Source: Malacoraja senta (lineage: Eukaryota). From it: DNA of 64,000 nucleotides. The stretch is taken from the NCBI GenBank assembly GCA_038087875.1, contig CM075988.1:8868001-8932000 (forward strand). The letters run 5' to 3'. Below the pieces are notes generated by a model. That model was given only the letters and a program-made list of their open reading frames with translations. It was not told where the DNA came from and made no database searches. Shown here piece by piece: positions 10,901 to 22,447 of the stretch; position 1 is the first letter of the stretch, and each line of letters starts with the position of its first letter. Both the position numbers and the translations under genes were made by a program.

Positions 10901-13679
10901 GTGAGTCTTCCCACCACTGACTCCATCTACACCATGCTGCTGTGGAAAAGCAGCTAACGCAGTTAAAGAGTTGTCCCACCCTACATCATTCTCTCTTCTC
11001 CCTGCTCCCATCCAGCAGAAGGCACAGAAGCTTGAAAACTCACACCACCAGACTCAAGAACAGTTTGTCCCCCCCCCCCCCCCCGTTATAAGGCTTCTGA
11101 ACGGCCCTTCCATATACTAGGGTACTGTCCGATTTACCTCTACCCCATTGCGTGCTTTGAACTTTGTCTATGGAACTGAAGCGCTACAATGCTGAGAACT
11201 GTATTCTGCACTTTGTATCATCCCCTTTGCCCTATCTAGTACTATCTATTGTACTTGACCTTGAATTGATTATATTTACGTAGGGTATATTTGATCCATT
11301 TGGATATCATGCAAAATAAAGCCTTTCATTGTACCTTGGTATGTGTAATAATAATAAACCTAATTCTAAATAATATTAAACCTAAAAAACCTAAACCTAA
11401 ATTACTGCATTAGAACTATCCCTTAAGGTGCCATTTACCCAGTGGTTAAATTTCCGCTGACATGTAGGGAGGAAGAATTAAGTTTTACAGGAAATTACAT
11501 TTCATGAAATCTGATCCCAGCTGAACAGTGAAAGGAGAAAGGAATTAGTGTGCTGATTAACAGACTATTGCTGTTGGGATCAGTTTTGGATTCAATCATG
11601 TGGTTTTACTGTGGCTTTATGTACATACTTACTCTATCAGTGAGTGGGCTCACATTGTTAATCCTGAAAGTCATTTGAAATGGTTGAAAGGCAATGAACT
11701 CCTTACAATGATTGAGCAATACACACAATATTGTGTGTATTATGGGGACAAAGCATCTTGGGGAACGGCTGCTAATCAGCAGCCGTCCGTTCAATTCACT
11801 TTTTTATTTAGTTTTTAGGGGTTTTTTCTTCTTTTTTTTCCTTTTTTTCCCTGTCTATGTCTAGGGGAATTTTGACTTTTAATGTAGGGGGGTAAGGGGT
11901 AAACTATCTCTAGGTCCCTACCTGGTCGGTGAGGCAGCTTTTTCTCTGGGCTGCCCCGTCGACCCGTCCTCGTGGCCTACCAGCGGGCCTGGAGCTGCGT
12001 TTTCCTGCGGGGACTGCCCTACACCTTCAGCTTCGGTGGCGGCACAGTGCTGGAGCGCTATCGCAGAGCGGGCGATGCCTTGCCTGGGTTGCCGCGCTGG
12101 ATCGACGCGCTGGAGCTCCGGTGAGCTGGACCGCCGAGCTCAACACCTCCGGGCTGCTGGACTGTGGAGCGGCCAGCTGCGGGCGGCGGTGCCGACTCTA
12201 ACATCGGGAGCCTCAGAGCTCCAAATCGGCGCGGCCTTGTCGGCTTCAGGTGCCACGGACTCCGGTAGGAGATCGGCTGTTCCAGCCGTCCCAGCCGCTG
12301 TGAGGACTCTCCCGACGCCGGGGCAACAACACCCGGCGAGAACGGCCAGGAACATCGGGCCTCCGTAGAGGCAACTGTGGAGGCCTCAATAGGCCTGACT
12401 TTGGGTGAACTGGGGTTGGGGACTGGACATTGTGCCTTCCCCCACAGTGGTAATCATTGTGGGGGGATGATTTTGTGTGTAATGTGTAGTGTCTATGTTA
12501 GTCTTTCTCCAAGATGGCGGTCGGAAGGGAGAGTGGACGCTGGCGCGCTTTAGCAGCCGCTGATCTCTCTTCCATATTGTGTTTTTGATTTTTGTTATTG
12601 GATTTAATTCTATCTTTAATTTGTGTTCTGGTGATGTCTTTGCTATTTATTTCATTCCGCTTATATGTTTCTACACTATTTGTTAAACTTTGTAAGGTGT
12701 CCTTGAGACTTTGTGAAAGGCGCCCATAAATAAAATCTATTATTATTATTATTAATATTTGTTGGCTGAGAAGGATTGGCTGAAAAACTGAGGGGATTAA
12801 ACAATGCAACAAACTTGGAGACAAAAAATCATCATCACCTTACCTCTAAGATTATAGCCACAATCATACTTTTCACACTTCATTGGGGAATTCAATACGA
12901 TTATTTTTATCACAATTAAACTCATCATATCTTCTTTCTATTTATAAATGTATAGATTAACTAGTTTCAAAATAAGACCAGATTCAGCTGATGTGAAAAC
13001 CACAGCTCCAAGATCCTTGCAATGCTTCTTTATGATATGATATCTACTATGTTGTCAGAATCCAGACAAATGAAGCTATGGGAATTAATCAGCTTTGTAG
13101 TGTGTGAGAGGGGCCTTAGAGGTCCTTAACATTGAGCACTAACTCGATCCTAAATACTGTTAAAAAGTAAGTCAGTGCTAATACATAGGGACACTTGAAG
13201 GTAGACACAAAATGCTGGAGTAACTCAACGGGACAGGCAGCATCTCTGGAGAGAAGGAATGGGTGACAGTTTGGGTTGAGATCATTCTTCAGACATATTC
13301 ACACTTGACTTTTATTCTGCAAAGCGTTACTGAAAACAGGTCAGGTTACTGAGCTAACCATGCAACAGTTCGGGAACGAAGCTTGTTTTAATCTAACGGT
13401 CTGATCAGTTTGCTGACCTGTTTTGAAAAACATTTAATAGAGTGCAAGATAAGGTGGCTTTTAAAAACTTGGTGAACTTGATTGCTCCCATTTTCCATTC
13501 TTCTGGTCAAATAAAATCTCTCTCATCTGGATGTGATATTACCTGGAAGGATGAAACATTGTAATTAAGGACTACAGTGGTGCAAAAGACTCACTAATAT
13601 TCTGATATTGCTACTACAAGGACTACTAAACAATGAGAGACAGGCAATACTGTCAATGTGGAGCATCATGTGCATTGTG

Positions 13680-14122
13680 AGAAACATAGAACATAGAAAA
13701 TAGGTGCAGGAGTAGGCCATTCGCCCCTTCAAGACAGCACCACCATTCAATATGATCATGGCTGATCATCCAGAATCCGTACCCCATTCCTGCTTTCTCC
13801 CCATATCCCTTGATTCCATTAGCCATAAGAGCTATATCTAACTCTTTTTTGAAAACATCCAGTGGATTGTCCTCCACTGCCTTCTTTGCCAGAGAATTCC
13901 ACATATTCATAACTCTCTAGGTGAAAATGTTTTTCCTCATCTCAGTCCTAAATGGTCTATCCCTTATTCTTACACTGTGACCCCTGGTTCTGGACTCCCC
14001 CAACATCGGGATCATTTTTCCTGCATCTAGACTGTCCAATCCCTTAAGAATTGTATATGTTTCTATAAGATGCCCTCTCATCTTTCTAAATTCCAGTGAA
14101 TATAAGCCCAGTTGATCCATTG
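13680..14122 (-). mobile_element. CR1 3' fragment
   Basis: Reverse complement of the CR1 3' end with (GAAACATA)n tail. Confidence 0.85.
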
Positions 14123-14891
14123 TTTTGATTGAGAATGGAAATTATCCTGTCACATGATGCTGTCACGGGGCTTCTGTATTTAGTTTAATTTAGTTTATAC
14201 AGCCCGAAACAGGCCATTGAGTCCGCCAAGTCTGCGCCAACCAGTGATCCCCGCACACTGACACTATCGTACATGCACTGGAGACAATTTACAATTTTAC
14301 CAAGCCAATTAGCCTTCAAACCTGTATGTCTTTGGAGTGTCGGAGGAAACTGGAGCACTTGGAGAAAACCCACGCAGGTCACGGGAAGAATGTACAAACT
14401 CCATTCAGAGAGCAACCCTAATCAGGATCGATCCCGGACTCCGACACTCTAAGGCAGAAACTCTACCACTGCGCTACAGTGCCGCCCTGTGTTTTGAAGC
14501 ATAGATACCGCTGCTCTTCCCTGAAAATTGAGTACAAATGAATAAGCTCAGCTGAGAATTAGATGTGAAGGAATGGAATGGCCATCAGCATTGAAAGACT
14601 GCACCTTGCAAATTATTCGGTTGTAATGTATAAATGACCAAAAACAGCTACAATTTCATAAGAATATAAAAGACAAAAATAATAGGCTATTCAGCAATTT
14701 GTGCCCACTCTAACATTCAGAATATCAAAGGCTCACCTCACTCTGGGTGAAGAAAGTTTCCTTCATCTCTGTGCCGAATGGCCAGCTCCTTAGTCTAAGT
14801 TTGTGACTCTTATATCCAGATTCAACAGCCTGGGCAGCATCAATTTGGCATTTGCCATCTAGCCCCACAATGAACATGTACATTTCAGAGA

Positions 14892-15143
14892 CCTCATATT
14901 TCACTTGAATAATTTGAACATTGACTTCTCCAATTTTAGGTAGTCCCTGCTTTCTCCTTCTTTCCCCTCTCCTTCCCAGCTCTCCCACAGCCTACTGTCT
15001 CCGCCTCTTCCTTTCATCTTCCCGCCACCCCCCGACCCCCACATCAGTCTGAAGAAGGGTCTCGACCCGAAACGTCGCCTATTTCCTTCGCTCCATAGAT
15101 GCTGCCTCACCCACTGAGTTTCTCCAGCATTTTTGTCTACCTT
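14892..15143 (+). mobile_element. Penelope-like 3' fragment
   Basis: 15-bp TSD TGTACATTTCAGAGA (14877-91 and 15144-58). Contains CTGAAGAAGGGTCTCGACCCGAAACGTC. Confidence 0.85.
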
Positions 15144-16199
15144 TGTACATTTCAGAGAGATCACTTCTTAGCCAATTAAACTGCAGTCAATATCAGCCAA
15201 TATGTTTACACCACTACATATTTGACAAGGAATCACTCTGGGCAATCTTCATTACACTCTACCGTCTTTACACTGTATTCTATGCAAGACTCCAGCATCA
15301 GCTGTTCCTTATGTCTCCACCTCTATGTTTGTGCTCGTTTTGATTTTGTATTAAAGGCCAACATATTGTTTGGCTTGCCTGTTGCTTGCTGAACTACATT
15401 CTCAAGGAAGGCCAGGTCACTTTCAGCACAATTAATCCATCTATCTATGTGGTAGCTGGTAGTCAAACCTAGATTAATTAATATGTGTATTACTGATTCC
15501 TGGTACCCGCTTGGAATGAGGGATGCAGGCCTGCCCTATCAATTCCTGTTCACTGATGGTTAATGGCAAGTGAAGAGAAAGTCGATATTCTTATGCTGGC
15601 AGCTCAGTCAATGCCCCTTATTTATCCAGTTTATTGTAACATGGTGACAGCTCGCAACCAATATCACAGGTAAGTTGCTACATTGTGCTATGAAGTTTCT
15701 TCACCTTGATCACTTCACTCTGCTGAAGAGTAGCTTGAGCAGCAAACAATAAGATACTTCAAAGAAAGTGGGAATTGACAATGATGGTCCTGACAAAGAG
15801 GTGCAGTTACTAGTTAGTCACAGCTGCAGTGACCCAGTTTAAATCCTGACCTTGGGTTTTGTCTATGTGGAGGTTGCATGTTCTCCTTGTGAATGGGTTG
15901 ATTTTCCCTGAGTGCTCCAGTTTCCTCGCCAATTCCAAGAACACGTGACTTGGTAGAGTAATGACTCCAAGGTTGTAGGTGATTGATATAATCTCGGAGC
16001 AGTTGGATGTAAATGCAGGGATGCAAGGCAATGTACTGTGGAGATGGGATCATTTTGTGAGCTGGGATGGAATCAATGGGCTGAAGGGCCTCCCTCATTA
16101 TCATATGGAGATACTGTATAAAGACTGAGTTCCAGGAAATAATTAATTTTTACCACGAATTGTCGTGTGCAAGTAATTCTCTCAAATTTACTTTTCCAG

Positions 16200-16363
16200 A
16201 TCCTGCACTATCAATATATGTCACAACAAGTCACCCGCATGTAATAGTAAACATTGGCAACAATGCTACCCTTGACTGCAGTTACAAAACAGTCGTTGAA
16301 TCCCAGTTCTCTCTTGAATGGCGATTTACACCAGGGCCAACTGAAAATGCACAAGCAGAAAAG
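16200..16363 (+). CDS. VSIG2: VSIG2-like exon 2 (first half of V-type Ig domain)
   Basis: Acceptor cttttccAG at 16198-99, donor AAG|GTAAGT. Encodes PALSIYVTTSHPHVIVNIGNNATLDCSYKTVVESQFSLEWRF...AEK with the B-strand Cys and C-strand Trp. Confidence 0.92.
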
Positions 16364-16615
16364 GTAAGTTTTAGTTTTGCGTCATTCATTACTCCACATC
16401 ATAACATATCTCCTACTCACAACCATATGCCAGACCACAGGGAAAATAGGAACACTGTATTTATGGGGAAAGTTCAGCGATGTCTCACAGAATTATCTGC
16501 ACAGCTCTTTGGAAGGTGTTTACTAATACACAAACATTTAAGTTTGTAAATGTTACTGTTGAAAGTGAAATAAGGGACAGAACAGGGCACTGGGGAACTG
16601 AGAGGTGAGTTAAAT

Positions 16616-16925
16616 GTGTAGAAGGGAACTGCAGATGCTGGTTTATACCGAAGATAGACACAAAATGCTGGATTAACTCAACGGGTCAGACAGCATCTCT
16701 GGAGAAAAAGGATAGATGACGTTTCGGGTCGGGACCCTTCTTCAGACTGAAAGTAGAGGGGAGAGAACTGAAGGTAAGAAAAGGCCATAACAAAGCAGGG
16801 CCGGCAACAAATAACCAAGGAGGAGTGGAGCCCATAATGGCCCATTGTTGGTTAGGGATGAGGGGATAACGAAGGGAAACAAGGATGTGAACAGTGGAAC
16901 TAGTAGGACAACTAGGGTGGGGGAA
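16616..16925 (-). mobile_element. Penelope-derived 3' fragment
   Basis: Same tail and hammerhead-like core as the other copies, in reverse orientation. Confidence 0.7.
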
Positions 16926-17214
16926 GGGGTGAGTTAGATGTGCTTGATTAAGAGAATACATTGAAAGGTATAGATAGGCAAAGCTCAGCATTTAAGGAAA
17001 GAATGCATCAGTTGCAAAAAAAATCCTTCAAGGCATTAAAACCCACAATGAAAAATTATTAATCCATGGCTGACAAGAGAAATTGAAGTCAGCATTAAAT
17101 CCAAAGAGGAGGCTTATAAAGTTGCCAGAAATAGCAGTAGGCATTTACGGACTCAGTAAAGGAGGACCTAGAAATTGACAGATACAGGCAAGCTAGGATA
17201 TGAAAGTAGGATGG

Positions 17215-17357
17215 TAGGGTGGGAGATTGCAACGTTCACGTGGTCCGCCCTGTTTCGACGAATGCAATCAACCTGGCGTGCACAATCAAATAAGATCAAA
17301 TAGAACAAGTTGTCCGACAACTTTAGGCTGTGCAACTTTAGCCATACGCAAGAAGAA
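17215..17357 (+). mobile_element. Short non-autonomous ribozyme-headed retroelement (possibly Ingi/Vingi-derived)
   Basis: 13-bp TSD GAAAGTAGGATGG (17202-14 and 17358-70). 3' end CCATACGC(AAG)n. Inserted in an old CR1 fragment. Confidence 0.75.
17216..17269 (+). ncRNA. Minimal HDV-like ribozyme fold, copy A
   Basis: P1 AGGGTGG/CCGCCCT, P2 GATTGCA/TGCAATC, P3 ACG/GGT (1 mismatch), L3 TTCACGT, GT-TTCG-A in place of P4, J4/2 CGAA. Confidence 0.8.
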
Positions 17358-18260
17358 GAAAGTAGGATGGCGAGAAGTATAAAAATGGGGTGTGAAACCT
17401 ATACACTTTCTTAAAAAGGAAACTATGTGAGGATGAATATGGGCCCTTTACAGAGAGAGAGGCAGCAGAATTTATGGAAATACAAGAAACAGCAGACGCT
17501 GGAATCTGGAGCAGAATGTAAACTCAATGGATCAAACAGCATCTGAGGACTTCTGATGTAAGGTCTCGACTCGAAACGTCAACCATCATTTCATTCCCAC
17601 GGATGTTGTTTAACCCATTGAGTTCCTCTGGCAGTTGTTTTTTTTGCGACAGGAGAACTCATGATGATCTACAAGAAAAAAGCAGAGGAATTAAACAACC
17701 ACTTAGCATTTGTCTTTGCAGAGGCATGAGTTAGAGAATCAAAGGATAGGAAGAATGAGCTATTGTTCTAAAATAAGCACAGCTACAAGGTGGAGTGCTG
17801 GCAGTTCCACATTGGAATCCATACAGAGAGAAAGGATTAACAAATTGGAAGCAATTGGCTACTAAATCTTTGTACTGGATCAGAAGCCTCAGAAATTGTA
17901 GACTTTAGGAAGTGCAGATGCTTGTTTATCAAAAAAAGAGACAAAGAGCTGGAGCAAACCAGTGGGTCAGATGGAAAATCTGGAATACATGGATAGGCAA
18001 CAATTCGGGTCGGGACCCTTCTTCTCCCATGACTAAAGTCCACCAAACCAGAGTGGAGTGGGGCTACATATTCTGAAGAAGGGTCCCGACCTAAAACGTC
18101 ACCTCTCCATGTTCTCCAGAGAAACTGGCTGATCCGTTGTTACTCCAGCACTTTGTACTTCTAGGAGATTTATTATCTTACAAGGACAATGGTTAGACGG
18201 AATGAATCAAGATAATGTATTTTAACAAATGATTTCTTTAACATCATTTCATCTGTTTAG

Positions 18261-18468
18261 ATTCTTTACTACACCGATGGAAAAGTTTATAAACTTGGGC
18301 CTCAAGCGAATAGAATCAATCTGATTGATCAGGAACCAACCAAAGGAGTTGCTTCCATTAGAATTGAAAACACCAAGTCATCAGACACTGGCAGGTATTC
18401 TTGCGATATCAACAATCCTCCAGACTTCACTGGACCGAGTGAGGCATTTGTCAATTTAATTGTGCGAG
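18261..18468 (+). CDS. VSIG2: VSIG2-like exon 3 (second half of V-type Ig domain)
   Basis: Acceptor ctgtttAG, donor G|GTAAGG. Encodes ILYYTDGKVYKLGPQANRINLIDQEPTKGVASIRIENTKSSDTGRYSCDINNPPDFTGPSEAFVNLIVR, with the DxGxYxC motif and the NNPPDF motif of VSIG1/VSIG2. Absent from the ORF track (no ATG). Confidence 0.93.
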
Positions 18469-18548
18469 GTAAGGAGGGGAAACTGTTCTTATTGGTTTCT
18501 TAAGTATTGCTCCACATTTAAATGTCAAAGCACAGCAGATATCCCTTA

Positions 18549-19144
18549 TGCCCCTGCCCCACTTAGGTGATTTTTTAGGCGATTATAGGTGACTAGACTG
18601 TCTCCACATGGTCACCGGGGTGTCTCCTGTTTGGTCGTGAGTGGTCTCCTCAGTCGCCCAAAGAATCGTAGCGTTTTTCTGGTCGCCGCTGGGTTTTGAA
18701 ATGTTCAAAACTTTTCGACGACAGTCTGCTTGATGCCAATGAGTGTACCTTGACTTCTCCTGACATAGGTGCTGTCGTAGGTTGTCGCCAAGATGACACA
18801 GGTTGTCGCCAGGATGAAGTAGGTTGTCGCCTGTGCTGACTTCGGTGAATTCTATTGGCGACTACCTACGTCAACTGGCGACAGGTACCAGCGACTGAAT
18901 TGTCTTATCTTATCTTGTCGTAGCTTGTCGCGGGTGGACGTAGGTTAACGTAGGTGTGGTCGTATGTGGACGTCCTAATGGGACGCCGGTTGTCGGTAGC
19001 TTGCCGTAGCTTGACGTCGACTAGGAGGTAGGTTGTTGTAGACATTGTCGTAGGATGGTCCAGTCGCCAGTTTTTCGGCGACCTGCTACAATTATAATAG
19101 TCGCCAGCAGTCGCCGAAAAAATCGCCTAAGTGGGACAGGCCCA
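18549..19144. mobile_element. Harbinger-type MITE (VSIG2 intron 3)
   Basis: TIR ...CCTGYCCCACTTAGGYGATTTTT at both ends, flanks TTA/TGA. Confidence 0.75.
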
Positions 19145-19514
19145 TGAATGTCTTTCAAACAATGAATAGATAATTTAAAGAAATTCCAAATATTCCAACA
19201 AAATAACTATCACGTCAATTTAAATGAGTAGATTCACATGGTTTAATGGTGAATGAAAGATGTATATCCTACATAAATGATCACTTCACTGTTGGTGTTT
19301 GTTATGATTTATAAATCTGCTGATATTTATAAATATTTTGCCAATGTCCAAAAAAAAACCCACCAGAGATTATTCTGAAAATTTCTCCAATTTATCTGCC
19401 TTCAGAAATCTGTTACCCTACTGGTACCTGACCTTCATATATGCTTTGCCCATGAGGTCAGGCAATACTCTTCATGCGTGATACTGATGTATGTCCTTTC
19501 CTCCCAATTGGCAG

Positions 19515-19676
19515 TTCCACCATCGATTCCAGAGTGCAAAGTGATTGGAAAACCGTACATAGGAAATAACGTTACATTGCTCTGTCACTCAACGGTGGGT
19601 CGCCCGGCACCTCAGTACAAATGGTCGGAGGTCCGCTCTGCTACTGTGACAGCTTCACCGAGAATCACGTTGAAAG
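19515..19676 (+). CDS. VSIG2: VSIG2-like exon 4 (first half of C2 Ig domain)
   Basis: Acceptor ttggcAG, donor G|GTATCC. Encodes VPPSIPECKVIGKPYIGNNVTLLCHSTVGRPAPQYKW..., including the extra Cys typical of the CTX family. Confidence 0.92.
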
Positions 19677-19849
19677 GTATCCCACATGGTGCTTCTCTAT
19701 TGGCATCTTCAGGCAATCCAAAGCCTGTAGGTTTTGTAGTTAATCAAGTTAATGAGGTTGACTTTGAAGTTATTCAAAGTCGCAAGTGTGGAAGTGTATC
19801 AAATTGGCCCACGGTTCCCTCCGTCTCTCTTGTAATCTATTTTAAACAA

Positions 19850-20292
19850 ACAGAGGGGACACAAGGGACTCTATAGGACTTTGGTTAGGCTGTATTTGAA
19901 GTATTGCATACATTTCTGTTTGCCCCATTAGAGGGAAGATGTGGAGGCTTTAGAGAAGGTGCAGAGGAAGGTTGCTGCCTGGATTAGAGGGTTTCAGCTA
20001 CAGGGTGAGATTGTGTCGACATGGATTGTTTTATCTGCAGCATCTGAGGTGGAGGAGAGACTTGATCGAAGTACATAAAACTATGAGTGGCTTCGATAGG
20101 ATAGACAGAACCTTTTTCCCGGGGTGGAAATGGCCAACACTAGAGGACGTAGCTATAAGGTATGAGGGGGAAAGTTTCATGGAGTACGTTTTCTACCCAG
20201 AGAATAGTGGGGGCCTGGAATGCACTGCCAGGGTGGTGGTGGAGGCAGATACAATAGTGGGGTTTAAGAGGCTTTCAGACAGGCACATGGAA
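19850..20292 (+). mobile_element. Degenerate CR1 3' fragment
   Basis: MLPGLEGFSY...DLIEVHK motifs. Confidence 0.75.
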
Positions 20293-21509
20293 GACATACA
20301 CCAAATAGTTTGTAGCTGGTCTTTACAGGGTCCATTCAATGCAGCACTTTGTAAATATATTCTTGTTTGAGCAACAATTTCACTTTTGATATAGCATTTT
20401 GTAGTCTATTTATTTGTCCTTTGGACGACCAAATGTTATCACTCCATCAGTCGCACCCTTCTCCAGTATGCATTGTTGTTCAATGACAAATTCTCTCAGC
20501 ATATGACTCTATGATTCACTGTGAATGTAAATGAAAATTCCAAATGGTCTCAGCACCCATTGTGCTAGTAGGCAAGGCACTGTGTACATAGGTTGCTTGT
20601 AGCCCTGATAATGAGTGGTGGTATCATAAGTTTGAATAATAGTCCTAGCAAATAATCTGGTTTCATATTTCAGAGAACTACAAAAATTGTTTGTTTGAGT
20701 GTTATAGCAGATTTTATTCACGAATGTATTTACAGTGTTTGGGCATTTTTAAAGTGGAGATTGACAGGTTCTTAATTAGTAAGGGTGTCAAAGGTTACAG
20801 GGAGAAAACAGGAGGATGCGGTAGAGAGGGAAAGATAGCTCAACCATAATTGAATGGCAGGATAGATTGATGGGCTGAATGACCTAATTTGGATTCTATG
20901 ATTTATGACATAAACGTATGCTGTACATTCTCAGCAACATTTTTGTAATGGATGGTAAACAACAATGGGTCCAGCACCGATCCTTGAGGTACAGTATTAG
21001 TCTCAAGCATCCAGTTCAAGAAGCAACCTTCCACCATCACCCTCTGCTTCCTACACTCAAGCTAATTATGTATCCAATTAACCACCTATCCCTAGATCCC
21101 ATACGATCTAAACTTCCAGAACTAACTACCATGCAGAAACCTATCATAGGTCTTGGTGGATTCCATATAGACTATAGAAAGTGACAAAAAGCTGGAATAA
21201 CTCAGCGGGACAGGCAGCATCTCTGGAGAGAAGGAATGGATAACATTTCGGGCTGAGACCCATCTTCAGGGTCTCGACCCGAAAAGTCACCCATTCCATC
21301 TCTCCAGAGATGCTGCCTGTTCCGCTGAGTTACACCAGATTTTTGTGAATATCTTTGGTTTAAACCAGCATCTGCAGTTCCTTCCTACACACTCCTCCAT
21401 GTAGAATATGTCTGCTGGCTGGTTCTCATCGACATTCTTCGTTACTTCTTCAAAACACTCAATCAAATTTGTGAGCCAAAATCTAGCCATACTGACTATC
21501 CCTAATCAG

Positions 21510-22430
21510 ATAAGATAAGATAAGATAAGACTTTATTAATCCCCTTATTCAGGGGAAATTAAGATGTCCTTGCAGCACACTAATAAAAATACAACATAGT
21601 GTTCAAAAAGAAGTTCAACACAAAAACATCCCCCACAATGGTTCCCACTGTGGGGGAAGGCACAAAGTCCAGTCCCCATCCTCTTGTCCACCCAGAGTCG
21701 GGCCCACTGAGGCCTCCACAGTCCCGCCACGGCGCCCGATATTCTCGCCCAGGCTCCGGGATGTACCGTTCAGCGTCGCAGCTGGGCCGCTCCACAGAAC
21801 TGCGGCTCCACGATGTTCCCATCGGCGGTCCCAACATACTGGAGTCCCAGCGCGGCGACCCAGGAAAGGCATCGCCCGCCCCACGACAGCGCTCCAGCGC
21901 TGCACCGCCGCCAAAGCTGATGTTCTGCGCCGCCGCCAAAGCCGGTGTTCTGGCCAGGTCCCCTCAGGGAAACGTCTGTGCCGCCGCCAAAGCCGGTGTT
22001 CTGGCTCCACGATGTTCCCATCGGCGGTCCCAGCATACTGGAGTCCCAGCACGGCGACCCAGGAAAGGCATCGCCCGCTCCACGACAGCGCTCCAGCGCT
22101 GCACCGCCGCCAAAGCCGATGTTCTGCGCCGCCGCCAAAGCCGATGTTCTGGCCAGGTCCCCCAGGAAAACGCCGCTCCAGGACCCGCTGGTAGGCCGCA
22201 AGGACAGGTCGAAGGCGCTGCTCGGAGGAAGGCAACCCCTCCGACCAGGTAGGGACTCGAAAAGCAGTTTCCCCCTTCCCCCCTTCCCCCCCTCCCTCCC
22301 ACCACCCCCCACACATAAAAAGATGAGGCCCCCTGACTACACACTAAACGTACCAAAAATAATAAAAAAGAAGGGAAAAAGACGGACAGCTGCAGGACAG
22401 GCAGCCGTTCAGGACAGCGCCTCCTCCTCT
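21510..22430 (-). mobile_element. GC-rich non-autonomous retroelement, family Y (homologous copy 11810-12495 on +)
   Basis: Shares the CCCTACCTGGTCG...GGCCTACCAGCGGG and GTGCCTTCCCCCACAGTGG blocks with 11900-12470. About 190-bp internal duplication and a (CTTAT)n tail. Confidence 0.65.
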
Positions 22431-22447
22431 GAATCCCTCCTATAACT

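Noticed and set aside
15563..15669. ATG-containing segment with a strong donor CAG|GTAAGT 530 bp upstream of VSIG2 exon 2
   Set aside because: The ATG frame ends in phase 2 while exon 2 needs phase 1, the phase-1 frame has a TGA, and there is no hydrophobic core. It could still be a non-coding exon.
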